A stretch of 60,128 nucleotides of DNA from Longimicrobiales bacterium (GTDB taxonomy: Bacteria; Gemmatimonadota; Gemmatimonadetes; Longimicrobiales; Gaopeijiaceae): assembly GCA_032250975.1 (NCBI GenBank), contig JAVVFC010000001.1, positions 1 through 60,128 of the forward strand. The letters are read 5' to 3'. The position numbers and the translations under genes were made by a program. The notes under the pieces were generated by a model. It was given only the letters and a program-made list of their open reading frames with translations, searched no databases and was not told the origin of the DNA. Position 1 is the first letter of the stretch; each line of letters starts with the position of its first letter. Of this stretch, positions 57,987 through 60,128 are shown one piece after another.

Positions 57987-59408
57987 TCAGGGGGCGCCCG
58001 GATCGTGGGGACGGGGCGGATCACGAGGGTCCGGGGAGCGGAAGGCGCGTCGCGAGAGCGCCTCCAGATAGCGTTCGCCGGGTGGGGCCGCCCCCTCGGC
58101 CGTGGCCCAGTCGTAGCTGAAGAGCACCACGCCCGCGGCGCCTGCGCCACGCGCCAGACCGACCATGCGCGCGGCCCCCTCCAGGTCGGTGCGGTAGAGA
58201 CCCACGCCGGCCCACACCCGCCGGCCCCCGCCGGCGCGGTCGGCCCGGCGGGCGGCCTGCATCAGGTCCGCGAAGCGCGCTTCATCGGGGGTGTACGCCA
58301 TGGGGGCCACCGCGTCCACCCACCCTCCCGCCAGCCACTCCCCCCAGTCCTGGAACCGGCCGCGCAGCGCGTCCACCGGGTCGGCGAAGACCGCGGCCGT
58401 GAGCAGGGGCCTGCCCGGTGCGCGCCGCACCACCTCCCGCACGGCCAGCAGCGTCTCGGTCACCTGCCGCTCGCGCCAGCCGTCCCAGAGGTCGGGGTTT
58501 TCCCGGGGCCAGACCGTCACGTCCCCCTCCCTCAGCCGGGCGTCCAGCGAGGCCGCGCGCCCCTCCGGCACGCGCCCGCGCGCATAGGCCCGGAAGGCCT
58601 CGAGCGCGGGCCTCGCGTAATCGAACTCGGGCGAGGGGTAGCGGATGTAGTCCAGGTGCACGCCGGCCAGCCCGGGATAGCGGGCGAGCAGGTCCTCCAC
58701 CACCGCCACCAGCCGGGCGCGCGCGCCGGGGTGGGAGGGGGAGGCGAAGAGGCCCTCCACCCGCTCCCCGTTCCGGACCGCCCACTCGTGCAGCCGTCGG
58801 CGGAAGGACTCCCCGGCCGGGTCGGCATGGTAGAGCTCCCCGGCCAGCTCGCGCGGCACCGCCAGCCATTCCGGGTGGGCGTTCGCCAGGTGGTCGGGCG
58901 CCTCTGGCAGGGGCGCCAGCCCCCAGACCAGCTGGGCCACCACCCAGGCGTGGACCGCCAGGCCGCGGGCGGCGGCCTCTTCCAGCACCAGGGCCAGCGG
59001 ATCGAACCCCGGGGCGGCACCGATCAGCTGAGCCGCGGGGGGCTCGAGCGCGGAGCGATAGAAGGCGTCGGCACGGCCCCTCACCTGCACCAGCAGGGTG
59101 TTGAGGCCGGCTTCCTGCGTCTCCTGCACCATGCGCCGGATCGCCTGGGGATCGGTGAGGGTGGTCCGTACGACCCAGACGCCGCGCACCTCCTCGGCCG
59201 GGGCCGGGGCCGCCACCTCACCGGGCGCGGGTGCGGGCCGCTCGGGGATCGGCCCCCGGTCCACCGTCACCACCGGACCGGGACGCTCCGTCGTGGCCAC
59301 CCGGGCGCACCCGGCGAGCGCCAGCAGGATCCATGCGAGTGTGGCCCCCGCCACCGTGCGTCGGCCGCGTGCCCGGGAACACGGAGCCAGGGAGCGGGCG
59401 CCCATCAT
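57987..59408 (-). CDS. Glycosyl hydrolase-like 10 (YddW/DigH-like) lipoprotein
   Basis: LAGC lipobox, EVRGVWV, NTLLVQVRGRADAFY, FDPL, VHAW, GVHLDYIRYP, PMAY. Confidence 0.88.
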   Translation of the reverse strand: MMGARSLAPCSRARGRRTVAGATLAWILLALAGCARVATTERPGPVVTVDRGPIPERPAPAPGEVAAPAPAEEVRGVWVVRTTLTDPQAIRRMVQETQEAGLNTLLVQVRGRADAFYRSALEPPAAQLIGAAPGFDPLALVLEEAAARGLAVHAWVVAQLVWGLAPLPEAPDHLANAHPEWLAVPRELAGELYHADPAGESFRRRLHEWAVRNGERVEGLFASPSHPGARARLVAVVEDLLARYPGLAGVHLDYIRYPSPEFDYARPALEAFRAYARGRVPEGRAASLDARLREGDVTVWPRENPDLWDGWRERQVTETLLAVREVVRRAPGRPLLTAAVFADPVDALRGRFQDWGEWLAGGWVDAVAPMAYTPDEARFADLMQAARRADRAGGGRRVWAGVGLYRTDLEGAARMVGLARGAGAAGVVLFSYDWATAEGAAPPGERYLEALSRRAFRSPDPRDPPRPHDPGAP

Positions 59409-59926
59409 CCTCCCCGCCGGGCCCGGAAGAAGGCTCGCAGGAGCGTGCCGCACGGCTCGGCCAGCACGTCGGCGGTGACGGCGCAGCGGTGGTTGAGGCG
59501 CGGGTCCTGGAGCAGATTGCCCAGGCTGCCGACCATGCCCGCCTTGGGGTCGCGGGCGCCGTAGACGACGCGCGGCACGCGCGCCAGCACCACGGCGCCC
59601 GCGCACATTGCGCACGGCTCCAGCGTCACGTACAGGGTGCACCCCTCCAGCCGATGGTCCCCCTGACCGTGAGCGGCCGCCCGCAGCACCACCGACTCGG
59701 CATGCGCCGTCGGATCGCGATCCAGGAAGGTCCGGTTGTGTCCCTCCGCGACCAGGCACCCCTCCCGCACCAGGACGGCCCCGACCGGCACCTCGCCGCG
59801 GATCCAGGCCAGCCGGGCCTGCTCGATTGCGCGGGCCATCCACATGCGGTCGCGCTCCAGGGCGGGTTCGGCCTGCAGGGACGGGGCGGCCGGGGGCGGA
59901 GCCATCGGGACGGCGGGCCGGGTCAC
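59405..59926 (-). CDS. tadA: tRNA adenosine(34) deaminase
   Basis: EVPVGAV, DPTAHAE, TLEPCAMCAGA, DPKAG, LNH; start uncertain. Confidence 0.94.
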   Translation of the reverse strand: MTRPAVPMAPPPAAPSLQAEPALERDRMWMARAIEQARLAWIRGEVPVGAVLVREGCLVAEGHNRTFLDRDPTAHAESVVLRAAAHGQGDHRLEGCTLYVTLEPCAMCAGAVVLARVPRVVYGARDPKAGMVGSLGNLLQDPRLNHRCAVTADVLAEPCGTLLRAFFRARRGG

Positions 59927-59954
59927 GGGCGATGCGGACGTGCGCCCGCGGGGA

Positions 59955-60128
59955 TCAATGCGCGGTCACGCTCGCCGGCGCCGGGGCCCGGTCCATCAGC
60001 CGGAAGATGCCCTTCACCCGTCCCATCACCGGGAGTCGCTGCGGGTCCTCCACCAGCATCGGGGGCTCCGCGCCGCGCAGCGACTGCAGGTAGACACCCT
60101 GACCGTTGCGCGTGAAGCGGTGGAACCC
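59955..60128 (-). CDS. C-terminus of a LexA/S24-peptidase-like protein (5' end beyond window)
   Basis: Manual translation GFHRFTRNGQGVYLQSLRGAEPPMLVEDPQRLPVMGRVKGIFRLMDRAPAPASVTAH* resembles the LexA C-terminal strands (..KR....V.L........I.G.V.GV.R). Confidence 0.55.
   Translation of the reverse strand, partial: GFHRFTRNGQGVYLQSLRGAEPPMLVEDPQRLPVMGRVKGIFRLMDRAPAPASVTAH

Overview
Very GC-rich bacterial chromosomal window with Gram-negative envelope genes. Gene content and style are consistent with Gemmatimonadota, which is an inference. It is densely coding, with about 51 CDSs (two cut by the window edges) and one tRNA. Most ORFs in the supplied track are GC-driven shadow frames. Housekeeping: mutL (partial), tatD, secDF, scpAB-rluB, upp, rpsT, pyrRBC, tadA, trkAH, a cold-shock gene and tRNA-Ile(CAU). 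Transport and envelope: MATE, TetR-TolC-MFP-RND, POT, AI-2E, P-type ATPase, NhaC, OmpA, two orphan beta-barrels, and lipoprotein aminopeptidase and cyclophilin genes. The most notable element is a five-gene, all-cytoplasmic signalling cluster (4736-10875). It runs PAS hybrid kinase -> REC-HD-GYP -> REC -> pseudo-REC with a degenerate GPDEF domain and intact I-site -> GspE/PilB motor ATPase fused to an intact C-terminal receiver domain. No other pilus or T2SS genes occur in the window. Other leads: a cluster of an ArfB-like GGQ factor, tRNA-Ile2 and a GGQ-less aeRF1-like protein; a promoter-terminator leader upstream of secDF; a 550-aa Rossmann enzyme coupled to upp; a His-rich orphan coupled to trkH; and frequent leaderless or SD-less initiation. 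No CRISPR array, rRNA, integrase or transposase was seen. All product calls come from motif recognition by eye, with no database searches.
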